A stretch of DNA of 63,767 nt, counting the filler. It is 6 parts of 6 records of this genome, joined end to end, with 100 filler letters (N's around TTAATTAATTAA, not from the genome) between each part and the next. Parts side by side here need not be neighbours in the genome. Positions count along the whole stretch, not along the records: positions 1 to 22,190 come from SRR31156797_18488; 5 more parts are not named here. The stretch is one strand, 5' to 3'. Position numbers and translations under genes: made by a program. How positions within the stretch are numbered: position 1 is the first letter of the stretch; every line of letters starts with the position of its first letter. Under the pieces are notes generated by a model. That model was not told where the DNA came from, made no database searches, and saw only the letters and a list, made by a program, of their open reading frames with translations. Below, piece by piece: positions 1-9,149 of this stretch.

Positions 1-74
1 GTAGTCCCAACGGGAATCGAACCCGTGTCTCCGGCGTGAGAGGCCGGTATCCTGAACCGCTAGACGATGGGACC
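1..74 (-). tRNA. tRNA-Glu (anticodon CTC); final CA of the CCA end lies outside the window
   Basis: Reverse complement GGTCCCATCGTCTAGCGGTTCAGGATACCGGCCT-CTC-ACGCCGGAGACACGGGTTCGATTCCCGTTGGGACTAC folds as a cloverleaf; T-loop GTTCGATTC; anticodon stem CCGGC/GCCGG. Confidence 0.96.
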
Positions 75-81
75 TGATTGG

Positions 82-155
82 TGGCTGGGGGACGAGGATT
101 CGAACCTCGGTTAACGGGGCCAGAACCCGTCGTATTACCCCTATACGATCCCCCA
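82..155 (-). tRNA. tRNA-Gln (anticodon CTG)
   Basis: Reverse complement TGGGGGATCGTATAGGGGTAATACGACGGGTT-CTG-GCCCCGTTAACCGAGGTTCGAATCCTCGTCCCCCAGCCA; encoded CCA; T-loop GGTTCGAATCC. Confidence 0.96.
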
Positions 156-167
156 GCAGAAACGGGA

Positions 168-195
168 ATCCTATCAGGTTTTTCGTAAAAGTCAA
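168..195 (-). promoter_or_regulatory. sigma70-type promoter for the tRNA-Gln/tRNA-Glu pair
   Basis: Minus strand TTGACT-N16-TAGGAT with TG of an extended -10, about 12 nt upstream of tRNA-Gln. Confidence 0.65.
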
Positions 196-247
196 GCCAA
201 AAAATCAGTATGCGTGGGGGGTAAATTACGCCTGCCATAATGGGGGG

Positions 248-1237
248 TTATGGCCTTACTTTCCAGCATCTCACCCAATGATCGCCGTCAAACCGGGTAA
301 ATTTGATTCTCTCATTTCTGCACCTTTCTTCCACCTCGGGACACCTTCCCTGAAATTTACACCCCGGCGGCGGATCCAAAGGGCTCGGCACGTCTCCACT
401 AAGCGGGTTAAATGCCATGGAAGGGCCGTCCACCTCAATTTTCGGAACAGCCGAAAGCAACGCGAGGGTGTAGGGGTGAAGCGGTCTTTCAAAAAGATCC
501 TCCGTCGCGGCGTACTCCATGATGTGCCCCAAATACATGACGGCCACCCGGTCACTGAGATACCCCACCACATTGAGATCATGGGATATAAAGAGATAGC
601 TGAGGTTCAGCTGGTCCTGCAGGTCTTTGAGTAGATTGATGATCTGGGCCTGTATGGACACATCCAGGGCCGACACCGGCTCATCGCAGATGACAAGGGA
701 CGGGTTGACGCTCAAGGACCGGGCCACCCCTACCCGCTGGCGTTGCCCCCCGCTGAATTCATGGGGGAATCGGTCCGCGCTACCGGGCCATATGCCCACC
801 ATCTCCAGCAGTTCATCGCGACGGGTTTTGCGCATACCCCTTGAAAGACCGATACAGCGAAGCCCTTCGTCAATACTCTGGCCGATGGTCATTCGAGGGT
901 TAAGGGAGCCGTAGGGGTCCTGGAAGACAATCTGGATCTCTTTCCTTAATGGACGCATCTCCTTTGCCGAAACATGACTGATATCCCGGTCCTTGTAGAT
1001 GATTTTCCCGGCATCCGGTTCCAGTAATTTGAGTATGAGCCGGCCCACCGTCGATTTTCCGCACCCGCTTTCACCCACGAGCCCCAGACTTTTCCCCGGC
1101 TCAATTTCAAAGTCAACCCCATCCACGGCCTTGACCCAGGCGGTCACCCTTTGAAAAAAGCCCCTGTGAACGGGGAAGTATTTCTTAAGATTCTCCACCT
1201 TCAGGGTTAAAGAATTGTCTCTGGCTGTTTTCTCCAT
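248..1237 (-). CDS. oppF: Oligopeptide/dipeptide ABC transporter ATP-binding subunit (OppF/DppF-like); start uncertain, ORF open to 1300
   Basis: Walker A GESGCGKST, FSGGQRQR, ICDEPVSALD, C-terminal HPYT..PSP..PPGCKF..RC domain. Confidence 0.92.
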   Translation of the reverse strand: MEKTARDNSLTLKVENLKKYFPVHRGFFQRVTAWVKAVDGVDFEIEPGKSLGLVGESGCGKSTVGRLILKLLEPDAGKIIYKDRDISHVSAKEMRPLRKEIQIVFQDPYGSLNPRMTIGQSIDEGLRCIGLSRGMRKTRRDELLEMVGIWPGSADRFPHEFSGGQRQRVGVARSLSVNPSLVICDEPVSALDVSIQAQIINLLKDLQDQLNLSYLFISHDLNVVGYLSDRVAVMYLGHIMEYAATEDLFERPLHPYTLALLSAVPKIEVDGPSMAFNPLSGDVPSPLDPPPGCKFQGRCPEVEERCRNERIKFTRFDGDHWVRCWKVRP

Positions 1238-1281
1238 CTTCTCTGTCTCAATCGATGTGCTGTTTCCCCAAAAGACCGCTT

Positions 1282-2271
1282 CTAAGCCAAAACCGGACAA
1301 CGAGTAAAGTGCCCCTTTCCCAAGGGTATCATTTCCGGCAGCACGGTTTTACAGTCCCCCACCGCATGGGAGCACCTGGGATGAAAGGGGCACCCTTCCG
1401 GCTTGTGGGCGGGATTGGGTACTGTTCCGGGAATATTATGGAGCCGCCGACCCCGTTTTTTTCGGTTGGGAAGTGAGGCCAGAAGCCCCCGGGTGTAGGG
1501 ATGAAGGGCATTGCCGAAAACCTGACGCGTATCCCCTTCCTCCACAATGAGCCCCGCATACATGACGTACACGCGGTCCGCAATGCCGGATACCACGCCC
1601 AGATCGTGGGTGATATAGAGGATGGACATGGCGGCCTTTTCCTGAATGGATTTGAGCAGGTTCAGGATCTGCGCCTGCACGGTGACGTCAAGAGCGGTTG
1701 TGGGTTCGTCTGCAATGATCAAATCCGGGTTGCAGGCCAGTGCCATGGCAATCATGACCCTTTGCCGCTGTCCTCCGCTCAACTGGTGGGGATAATCCTT
1801 CAGTTGCTGCTCCGGTGACGGCATTCCCATGCCTCTTAATAGCTGAACGCATCTTTTATCCAGCGCATCCTGCCCGATGATTTCGTGTGTGCTGATGGCC
1901 TCGCCGATTTGGTCTCCGATGGTGAAAACAGGGTTCAGGGAGGTCAGCGGCTCCTGAAAAACCATGGATATGTGGTTGCCTCTGATTTTCTGAATGGCGG
2001 CATCATCGAGGGCCAAAAGGTCCCGACCCTTAAAAAGAATGCGGCCCCCCACAATTTTTCCGGGTGGGCTGGGAATCAGCCCCAATGCGGACAGGGCCGA
2101 TACCGTCTTTCCGCACCCCGATTCTCCCACCAGGCAGACAGTTTCTCCGGCATGAATATGGTAGCTCACCCCGTCAACGGCCCGTGAGATCTTATCCCGG
2201 CCGTAAAAATAGACTTTCAGGTCTTGCGTTGACAGTAATGGTGTTTCAGATGGCATCAATTCAGATTCCAA
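1282..2271 (-). CDS. oppD: Oligopeptide/dipeptide ABC transporter ATP-binding subunit (OppD/DppD-like)
   Basis: [48 protein letters not shown]. Confidence 0.93.
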   Translation of the reverse strand: MESELMPSETPLLSTQDLKVYFYGRDKISRAVDGVSYHIHAGETVCLVGESGCGKTVSALSALGLIPSPPGKIVGGRILFKGRDLLALDDAAIQKIRGNHISMVFQEPLTSLNPVFTIGDQIGEAISTHEIIGQDALDKRCVQLLRGMGMPSPEQQLKDYPHQLSGGQRQRVMIAMALACNPDLIIADEPTTALDVTVQAQILNLLKSIQEKAAMSILYITHDLGVVSGIADRVYVMYAGLIVEEGDTRQVFGNALHPYTRGLLASLPNRKKRGRRLHNIPGTVPNPAHKPEGCPFHPRCSHAVGDCKTVLPEMIPLGKGHFTRCPVLA

Positions 2272-2287
2272 GATTCAAAAAAGGCGT

Positions 2288-3445
2288 TTATTCTTGTCTC
2301 AACTTGGGGTTCAACGCATCCTTCAGCCCTTCGCCAAAAAGGTTGAAACAGAGAACCACAATCAAAATGGCCACGCCCGGCACAAAAGTCAGCCAGGGTG
2401 CATCAAAAATGAAGCGTTTGCCGTCGGAAAGGATATTCCCCCATGTGGCATACGGCGGAGGGACACCGAACCCCAGAAAACTGAGGCCCGCCTCGGTTAA
2501 AATGGCAGTGGCAATGCCGATGGTGGAGGAGACCAGGACCGGGGCAATGGCGTTGGGCATCATGTGCCTGAATATGATGCGAAAATTGCCCACCCCCAAA
2601 GCCTTGGCGGCACTGACGAAATCCTGTTCCCTCAGAGACAGAAACTCGGCCCGCACAAAACGGGTGGTTCCCATCCAGCTGGTGAGTCCGATCACAATCA
2701 TGATATTGTAGATACTGGCAGGGAGTAGGGCCACCACCGTAAGGATGAGAAAAAAGCTCGGAAAACAGAGCATGATGTCCACCATGCGCATGATGAGGGT
2801 GTCAAAGGAAAAGGCGGTTTTTCGAAGCCAACCCGGCATGAGACGGCTTTTCTTGGAACGTCCGGCAATGAAAGATAAAAGGAGGGTGAAAATCCCCACC
2901 CCAAGGAAGCCGCAGCCGAACTTTACCCATCCCAGAAGAAAAAGAACGATTCCCCATAAGAGCAGCAACACGGTCAGGATTTGATCATAGCGGATCCCGC
3001 CCTGGCCGTAATACCCTGCCAATCCTCCCATGAAGATGCCCACGATGACGGCGATGCCCACGGCCACAAACCCCACCGTCAAGGAAACCCAGGCGCCTTG
3101 AAGCATCCTTGCAAATACATCCCGGCCCAGGTCGTCGGTTCCCAGCAGGTATATGCCTAAGGTAGGCGCCTCATGGGATTTAAGGGTTTCAAGGTTGGGC
3201 AGGCTCAAGGGCGGCAGCAGTTTTTCCTGAAGTCGAACCAGAGCCGGATTAAAGACGGGGTCCTGTCCGGAAGTCAAAACAACGCCTGCCACGGCGGTCA
3301 CAAAAAAGATGACGAAAATCACCAGACCCACAATGGCCATGCGGTTCTGGTTGAACAAGTGAAACCCTTGTATAAATCTGGATTGCTTCGGCGCCTGGGG
3401 AGCGTCCAGGATATGGGTGTTTTCGGTCAAGGGTTTTTCCATCAC
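2288..3445 (-). CDS. oppC: Peptide ABC transporter permease (OppC-like) with an extra hydrophobic insert
   Basis: LGTDDLGRDVFAR, EAA-type loop DFVSAAKALG, EAGLSFLGFG, FNLFGEGLKDALNPK. Confidence 0.92.
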   Translation of the reverse strand: MMEKPLTENTHILDAPQAPKQSRFIQGFHLFNQNRMAIVGLVIFVIFFVTAVAGVVLTSGQDPVFNPALVRLQEKLLPPLSLPNLETLKSHEAPTLGIYLLGTDDLGRDVFARMLQGAWVSLTVGFVAVGIAVIVGIFMGGLAGYYGQGGIRYDQILTVLLLLWGIVLFLLGWVKFGCGFLGVGIFTLLLSFIAGRSKKSRLMPGWLRKTAFSFDTLIMRMVDIMLCFPSFFLILTVVALLPASIYNIMIVIGLTSWMGTTRFVRAEFLSLREQDFVSAAKALGVGNFRIIFRHMMPNAIAPVLVSSTIGIATAILTEAGLSFLGFGVPPPYATWGNILSDGKRFIFDAPWLTFVPGVAILIVVLCFNLFGEGLKDALNPKLRQE

Positions 3446-4401
3446 AGACGTATCCTTGGGTCTACTGTCAGGTAAAGGAGATCCGAAATAAAGGTCCCCA
3501 CCAGAACCAGGACCGCCGACAGAAAGTTAACGGTCAAAATGATGGGGTAATCCCTGGCCAGAATGGCCTCATAAGCCATTCTCCCCATACCCGGCCAGGA
3601 GAAGATACTCTCGATGATAACGGACCCGCCGATGAGGCCCGGCAGAATCAGTCCGAACATGGTGACAAAGGGAAGGAGTGCATTCCGAAGGGCGTGTTTG
3701 TAATGGACCTGGTCCGGCGGAAGCCCTTTGGCCTTGGCCGTTCGAACATAGTCTTGCCCTTCCACTTCAAGCATCTGGCTGCGCACATATCGTGAGAGGA
3801 CCGCGATTCCGCCGGTGGCGCCCAGTACGGAGGGAATGAGAAGATGCCAGATTCGATCCATAAAAAGGTTGGGCCAGGGCGCATCCCCCATACCGTACGT
3901 TTCCATGCCGATGACCGGTACGTGAAAAACGGTCACCACCAGAATGATCAGGATATAGGCAAAAAAGAATCCGGGGATTGAAATGAGAAAATAGGAAAAA
4001 AACGTGGCACTGCGGTCGTAAATGCCGCCCCGGTGAATGGCCGACCGGATGCCCACCGGAAACGAAAGGGTCCAGGTCAGAAGGGTCCCCACGATAAAGA
4101 GGGGAAGGCTGTTTAAGAACCGCTCCCATATTTTACCGAGTACCGACTGGTTGTCTTTCCAGGAGACGATTTTACCCGTAAAAAGATCCCGGTAAAAATA
4201 GACATATTGCACATACAAAGGCTCATCCAGGTGAAATTCCTTCTGAAACCGTTCCACCATTTCCGGTGTAAATTTCGGGTTCATGGGATCAATCTGGCTC
4301 GGTTCCCCCGGCGCCAGATGGATAATCAAAAACGACACCACGGATACGAAGAAAAGGGTAATGGTTTTTTGAACGATGCTTCGTCCGATGAATGAAAACA
4401 T
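3442..4401 (-). CDS. oppB: Peptide ABC transporter permease (OppB-like)
   Basis: HLAPGEP, DYVRTAKAKGL, KHALRNA, IESIFSWPGMG, DLLYLTVDPRIR; likely start is the ATG at 4401. Confidence 0.93.
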   Translation of the reverse strand: MFSFIGRSIVQKTITLFFVSVVSFLIIHLAPGEPSQIDPMNPKFTPEMVERFQKEFHLDEPLYVQYVYFYRDLFTGKIVSWKDNQSVLGKIWERFLNSLPLFIVGTLLTWTLSFPVGIRSAIHRGGIYDRSATFFSYFLISIPGFFFAYILIILVVTVFHVPVIGMETYGMGDAPWPNLFMDRIWHLLIPSVLGATGGIAVLSRYVRSQMLEVEGQDYVRTAKAKGLPPDQVHYKHALRNALLPFVTMFGLILPGLIGGSVIIESIFSWPGMGRMAYEAILARDYPIILTVNFLSAVLVLVGTFISDLLYLTVDPRIRL

Positions 4402-4406
4402 GAAAT

Positions 4407-6545
4407 CTACCACCCCTCCGTCGACAGTTGGGGCATTTCCGGGACCTTGATCCATTTGTTGAAATGGAAGGTATAGGACCCCGTTTTGGTGGGCTTGATC
4501 TTCTTATAGAGCATGACCCCGTCCTCATCAAGATCTTTGATGACGACGCGTCTGTCCAGAACAGCCGTCCATTTACCCACATATAAAAACGTATAGGGCT
4601 GTTCCCGGGCGATGATTTTGTGAAGGGCATGGCAATAGGCCACCTGTTTTTCATGGTCATATTCCCTGCGAATCTTGATGATTAAATCATCGGCTTCCTT
4701 GTTCTTGAAGCTCACGAAATTGAGTTGATAGGGGTGGGTCTGGCTGGAATGCCAGATTTGATAAAGGTCCGGATCGATGCCCATGACCCAGCCGAGCACC
4801 AGGGCATCAAAGTCCCGCTTGTCCACACGCTCCTGGATAAAAACGGACCATTCCAACAGGTCCGTCCGCACATCAATGCCGATCTGCTTCCACGCGTCCT
4901 GGGCGATGGCCAGGATGGCCTTGCGGATGTCATTGCCGCTGTTGCTGATGAGGGTGAATTGAAACGGTTTTCCGTTCTTTTCCAGCCACCCGTCCTTATT
5001 CCGTTCGTAACCGGCTTCCCGGAGCAGATTCAACGCCCCTTCCGGATCGTACGGCAACGGCGGAATTTGGTGGTCATAGTAGTCGGTCTGCTTCACAAAA
5101 GGGCCCGTGATATTCTCACCCTGGCCATACAGCACATAATCGATTATTTTTTTCACATCAATGGCCATGCCGAGGGCTTTTCGTACCCTCACATCATCAA
5201 AGGGGGGTCTCAGCATATTATAGCCGATAAAGGAATAACCGAAGGATGTTCCGGAGAAGCTCTGAAACCGTGGGTCTTCCTTCAGGCGCTTGACCTGGTG
5301 GGGTTGCACATTATAGGAGTCAAGGGTTCCGGCATAGAATTCCATTTCCTGGGTCAGAAGATCGGGTATGATGCGCATCACATATTTTTTATAATTGGGA
5401 GGGCCTTCCCAATATTCTTCAAAAGCGTTGAGGCTGATAAATTGGTCCGACTTCCATTCCCGGAAGGTGAAGGGACCGCAACCGATGGGTTGCCGATTGA
5501 AGCGACTTTGGCGCATGGAATAGGTTTCGGGATCTTTACCCAGGGCCAGCGCCTCTTTTTTGAGGGCCGGGGAATTCAGCAGATGTTCCGGCAGAACGCC
5601 CATGCTCCAGGTTCCGAATGCCGGTGAATAGAGCCTCTTGTACACGATTCGAACCGTCAAGGGATCCACCTCTTCCACCGATTTTACCGGTTCATAATCG
5701 GAAACCCGTGGTGAGAGATTCTTGGGGTCCATGATGGCCTCATAGGTAAACCGCACATCACCTGAATCAAAACCGTGGCCGTCATGGAACATCACATGGG
5801 GCCGAAGATGAAAGAGCAGTACGGGGTTATGTTCCGTTGCCGGCAAAATCTCTTTTGCCCAGGCCGAAAGGGTCTTTTCATCCACCGTCGATTCGGGTGC
5901 AAGATGTTTTGCGGAATCAAAAGATGTAAAATAGTCCTCTCCGAGAATGACGGAAAGGTTTTCAAACAGATCCTGATCCACTTCCGAAAGAACCAGCTTG
6001 ATACGGGCTGGAGCACTCACCCGGATCTTTACGGAATTTATTTTTTCACCGGTTTTCGGGGGTTTCAGCTCTTTGGCGACCACCGAATCCCCGGGCGGCA
6101 GGGGAATAATAGATTGTATCCGGTCCAGGCTTACTTTTACTTTCGGTGGAAATTTCCCGCTGTTTTTCTTGGCATCTTCCAGGAAACGGGCCAGAAGGGC
6201 GGCATCCGGCATTGCCTTTCCGGATATTGTTGCCTGTGGGTTCACATAAAAATAGGCTTCTTCGGAAACGTCCCAAGAAGTGGCCAATCGACCCCTGAAC
6301 CGAAGTTCTTCATCATAATCGATCAATCCTTCAAACACCATCGACTCAATCTGGCTGCTGGAGGTATTGGCCGAGAGGATCGGGTTCAGCAAGGTTGCAT
6401 CCCCCAGGGAGGCGGTCACATATTCTTGCAGGCGGTTGGGGTTCCCTTTGGTCTGCTCCTCATAGGTGGGGACCCACAGGTAAGACTGGAGTAGAAAGAG
6501 GGTGATAATGGTGGGTACAAGAATCAGAAAACGTTTGGTGGTCAT
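4407..6545 (-). CDS. oppA: Family 5 peptide-binding protein (OppA/AppA-like), N-terminally anchored, with an inserted domain of about 140 aa
   Basis: LNPILS, FEGL..LATSW, FHDGH.F...DV.FTY, PIGCGPF, DVRVRKAL; first gene of the opp operon. Confidence 0.9.
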   Translation of the reverse strand: MTTKRFLILVPTIITLFLLQSYLWVPTYEEQTKGNPNRLQEYVTASLGDATLLNPILSANTSSSQIESMVFEGLIDYDEELRFRGRLATSWDVSEEAYFYVNPQATISGKAMPDAALLARFLEDAKKNSGKFPPKVKVSLDRIQSIIPLPPGDSVVAKELKPPKTGEKINSVKIRVSAPARIKLVLSEVDQDLFENLSVILGEDYFTSFDSAKHLAPESTVDEKTLSAWAKEILPATEHNPVLLFHLRPHVMFHDGHGFDSGDVRFTYEAIMDPKNLSPRVSDYEPVKSVEEVDPLTVRIVYKRLYSPAFGTWSMGVLPEHLLNSPALKKEALALGKDPETYSMRQSRFNRQPIGCGPFTFREWKSDQFISLNAFEEYWEGPPNYKKYVMRIIPDLLTQEMEFYAGTLDSYNVQPHQVKRLKEDPRFQSFSGTSFGYSFIGYNMLRPPFDDVRVRKALGMAIDVKKIIDYVLYGQGENITGPFVKQTDYYDHQIPPLPYDPEGALNLLREAGYERNKDGWLEKNGKPFQFTLISNSGNDIRKAILAIAQDAWKQIGIDVRTDLLEWSVFIQERVDKRDFDALVLGWVMGIDPDLYQIWHSSQTHPYQLNFVSFKNKEADDLIIKIRREYDHEKQVAYCHALHKIIAREQPYTFLYVGKWTAVLDRRVVIKDLDEDGVMLYKKIKPTKTGSYTFHFNKWIKVPEMPQLSTEGW

Positions 6546-6623
6546 GGAAATCAACGGGTCATGCAAACGGATTGAAAATATCGCTAACTTGTCGGTTTCA
6601 TATGCAATTCATTTTGATGACCG

Positions 6624-6652
6624 AGGATAGAGAATTGCAGGTGCCACGTCAA
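6624..6652 (-). promoter_or_regulatory. sigma70-type promoter of the opp operon
   Basis: Minus strand TTGACG-N17-TATCCT upstream of oppA. Confidence 0.6.
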
Positions 6653-6833
6653 GGAAAAAGGATTGGGTTCATATGCTCCATTGCTTTCTCCCCGGGGGAA
6701 TTATTGCATCATGATTCGCCATTCACAAGAACGCGTGATAGTATGCCTGGACTGTGAATGTGATAGATGGCATAATTGTTTTTTTACTACAGCAGATAGA
6801 AAGGCGATTCCTGTTGCTTTTGAAGAGGGAGAC

Positions 6834-8006
6834 ATGAATAGTAAGGTCTATGTGATTGAATGTGCCGATTACAACCAGGTTGAAGAGAGGCTGCAGGACC
6901 TTCTTGGATTAATGGGTGGGATTGAGCGTTTCGTTTCCCGGGGAGAGCGGTTGGCACTCAAGGTAAATCTTTTGCTTGAGGCAGCTCCGGAACGGGCCGT
7001 CACCACGCACCCAAGGGTGGTTTCCACCATGGGACGACTGGTCAGGAAAGCCGGCGCCGAAGGCGTGATCGTAGACAGCCCCGGTTCCGGATTTCGCTAC
7101 ACCGCAAAGGTTTTGGAGAGCATCTACCAAACCAGCGGCATGGTTCAGGCCGCCCTGAAATCGGGAGTGCAGCTCAATACGGACACCACCTTTGAAACCA
7201 TCTCCTATCCGGAAGGAAAATTCATCAAACGCTTTGAAGTGATTACCCCTGTTCTTAAAGCGGATGGGGTCCTGAATCTCTGTAAACTCAAGAGTCATTG
7301 TTTTACCTGCATGACCGGCGCCGTGAAAAATAACTTCGGGGTCATCCCCGGCCGGGCAAAACCCGGGTATCACCAGAAGTTGAGCCATAAAGGGCGTTTC
7401 GTCAGGATGCTCCTGGACCTGGCAGGCTTCGTGGCGCCCCGGCTTTCCATCATGGACGCGGTGGTCGCCATGGAAGGAGATGGCCCCAGTGCCGGAAACC
7501 CCAGGCCGGTGGGTCTGATCCTTGGGGCCGAAAACCCTTTGGCCCTGGATGTGGTTGCCGGAGAAATCATCGGTCTTCCCAGGGAAAAGAATCCTTTTCT
7601 TCTGGAGGCGGAACGGATGGGGCTCTTTCCCCATCACATGAATCAAGTGGAACTGGTGGGTGCGGACATCTCACAACTTCGAATTCCTGATTTTAAATTC
7701 CCCCCCACCCTCCATGAAGGCACCGGTTTCGGCGGACACCTGAAGTGGTGGCAACGCCTTCTGGAGCCGGTGTTCAAGGATGCCCTTACCCTCAAACCCC
7801 GCATATCAAAAACCATGTGCCAGGCCTGCGGGGTCTGTCACGGAGCCTGTCCGGCAGACGCCATTAAACTTCAACATCATGGGAAGAAACCGTATGCGGA
7901 GATCGATGACAACAAATGTATTCGCTGCTACTGCTGCCATGAAATGTGTCAGGAGAAGGCGGTCTATCTCCACAGGTCCCTCCTGTACCGGTTTTCCAAT
8001 CGGTGA
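6834..8006 (+). CDS. DUF362-domain protein with C-terminal 2x[4Fe-4S] ferredoxin domain
   Basis: LKVNLL..AVTTHP, KLKSH..MTGAVKN.FG, MDAVVAMEGDGP; CQACGVCHGACP and CIRCYCCHEMC; RBS GAGGGAG before ATG 6834. Confidence 0.88.
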   Translation: MNSKVYVIECADYNQVEERLQDLLGLMGGIERFVSRGERLALKVNLLLEAAPERAVTTHPRVVSTMGRLVRKAGAEGVIVDSPGSGFRYTAKVLESIYQTSGMVQAALKSGVQLNTDTTFETISYPEGKFIKRFEVITPVLKADGVLNLCKLKSHCFTCMTGAVKNNFGVIPGRAKPGYHQKLSHKGRFVRMLLDLAGFVAPRLSIMDAVVAMEGDGPSAGNPRPVGLILGAENPLALDVVAGEIIGLPREKNPFLLEAERMGLFPHHMNQVELVGADISQLRIPDFKFPPTLHEGTGFGGHLKWWQRLLEPVFKDALTLKPRISKTMCQACGVCHGACPADAIKLQHHGKKPYAEIDDNKCIRCYCCHEMCQEKAVYLHRSLLYRFSNR

Positions 8007-8262
8007 AGATGAATGTTCTGAAAATACCATATACGGCGGGCGGATTAAGCCGCCGATGAAAATGCCGTGAGATCGGCCGCCGAATAGGTTTCAGCAAAAA
8101 AATCTTGCGGTTTGGAAAATAATATTATACTTGAGAAAATTATCTTTGAGAATAATTTAACAGCGACCCATGCCGGTCTGAATTATAAGGGAAATTCGCC
8201 GGGGGTTTAGAACCCTGGCTCCCATTCTGGCGACTTCAGCGAATCAAGGGAGGTAAACACAA

Positions 8263-8850
8263 ATGGCCGAGTTTAAAAAAGTGGAAGATATTATGGCACC
8301 CATTGAGGATTACGACAGGGTGAATATCAATGCCAAGTTTTGCGATGCCATGAGCATACTGAAAAGAAACTATGAGCGTCTGAAAGCCGGTGAATCGGGC
8401 AATTATCACAAAACCCTTCTGGTTGTGGAGGGGAACGGCAACATTGTGGGCAAACTGTCCATGTACGACCTGATTCGAGGGCTGGTCCCGGAACCGGCAA
8501 AGAAGCCGGAGGTATCCAAAGCCTATAATGCCATGCGTTCCGGTCGGGCGAGGGATGTGGCGGCCCAGGTGGGGGATGCCCAGGAACATTTCAATTGGTT
8601 GAGTTCCAGCTTTGCGGATCTGATCAAGCGGGAAGCCCATAAAAGCGTCAAGGATGTCATGTCGACCATTCCGGAATCAAGCTTGAAGGCGGAAGATAAG
8701 GTCACTCACGGTATTTATACGCTTTTTAAAGACAATGTCCGGCAACAGTTTGTTCAACGTGAGGGAAAAATTGTCGGTGTGGTCAATCTCAATGTCATTT
8801 TTATCGAACTCCTCGAAGTTGCAAGCCCCGAGTGCCACATCAACTGGTAA
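8263..8850 (+). CDS. CBS-domain-containing protein
   Basis: KVEDIM, LLVV....IVGKLSMYDLI, VKDVM, GKIVGVV tandem CBS pattern; strong RBS AGGGAGG. Confidence 0.78.
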   Translation: MAEFKKVEDIMAPIEDYDRVNINAKFCDAMSILKRNYERLKAGESGNYHKTLLVVEGNGNIVGKLSMYDLIRGLVPEPAKKPEVSKAYNAMRSGRARDVAAQVGDAQEHFNWLSSSFADLIKREAHKSVKDVMSTIPESSLKAEDKVTHGIYTLFKDNVRQQFVQREGKIVGVVNLNVIFIELLEVASPECHINW

Positions 8851-8864
8851 CGGATTCCAAGATC

Positions 8865-8935
8865 TCACGCAAAGCCGCAAGCTCACAAAGTTATAATATA
8901 AATAGATGTTTCTCTGATTTTGCGGTTTTGCGTGA
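8865..8935. repeat. Intergenic inverted repeat, REP/terminator-like
   Basis: TCACGCAAAGCCGCAA ... TTGCGGTTTTGCGTGA arms around an AT-rich loop, just after the CBS gene stop. Confidence 0.55.
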
Positions 8936-9015
8936 TGAATCAATTCCCCTCCCCTGAAATCATCTGAATTCCGCGCAATCTGCGCTTTTTTTGTTTTTAA
9001 TATGCCAAAAAAAGC

Positions 9016-9044
9016 TTGACTTCAACTCTCAACCATATTAGCTT
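9016..9044 (+). promoter_or_regulatory. sigma70-type promoter of the fad operon
   Basis: TTGACT-N17-TAGCTT directly upstream of the palindromic operator. Confidence 0.6.
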
Positions 9045-9051
9045 TTCAAAA

Positions 9052-9071
9052 ATGAATGACAGTTCATTCAT
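9052..9071. promoter_or_regulatory. TetR-family FadR(YsiA)-type operator
   Basis: Perfect 8-bp arms ATGAATGA-CAGT-TCATTCAT; fits the TGAATGA-N4-TCATTCA form of Bacillus FadR boxes; overlaps the predicted +1. Confidence 0.75.
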
Positions 9072-9149
9072 GTTTTCTCGAGGCAGCTTTTTTCGGGAAA
9101 TCCGTTAAAGCGCGACTTTCATATATTCGAACACGTTAAGGAGGTGTCT

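Noticed and set aside
1-247. tRNA genes as a possible prophage or island integration site
   Set aside because: No integrase or duplicated tRNA 3' end in this contig; the downstream side is outside the window.
8004-8060. TGA stop of the Fe-S protein followed by a GC hairpin, a possible selenocysteine readthrough
   Set aside because: The protein is complete after its ferredoxin domain, the TGA is not at a Cys-equivalent position, and the hairpin is not placed like a bacterial SECIS.
8100-8160. TTGAGAA direct repeat / Fur-like AT-rich tract upstream of the CBS gene
   Set aside because: It does not fit 7-1-7 spacing and cannot be distinguished from AT-rich promoter background.
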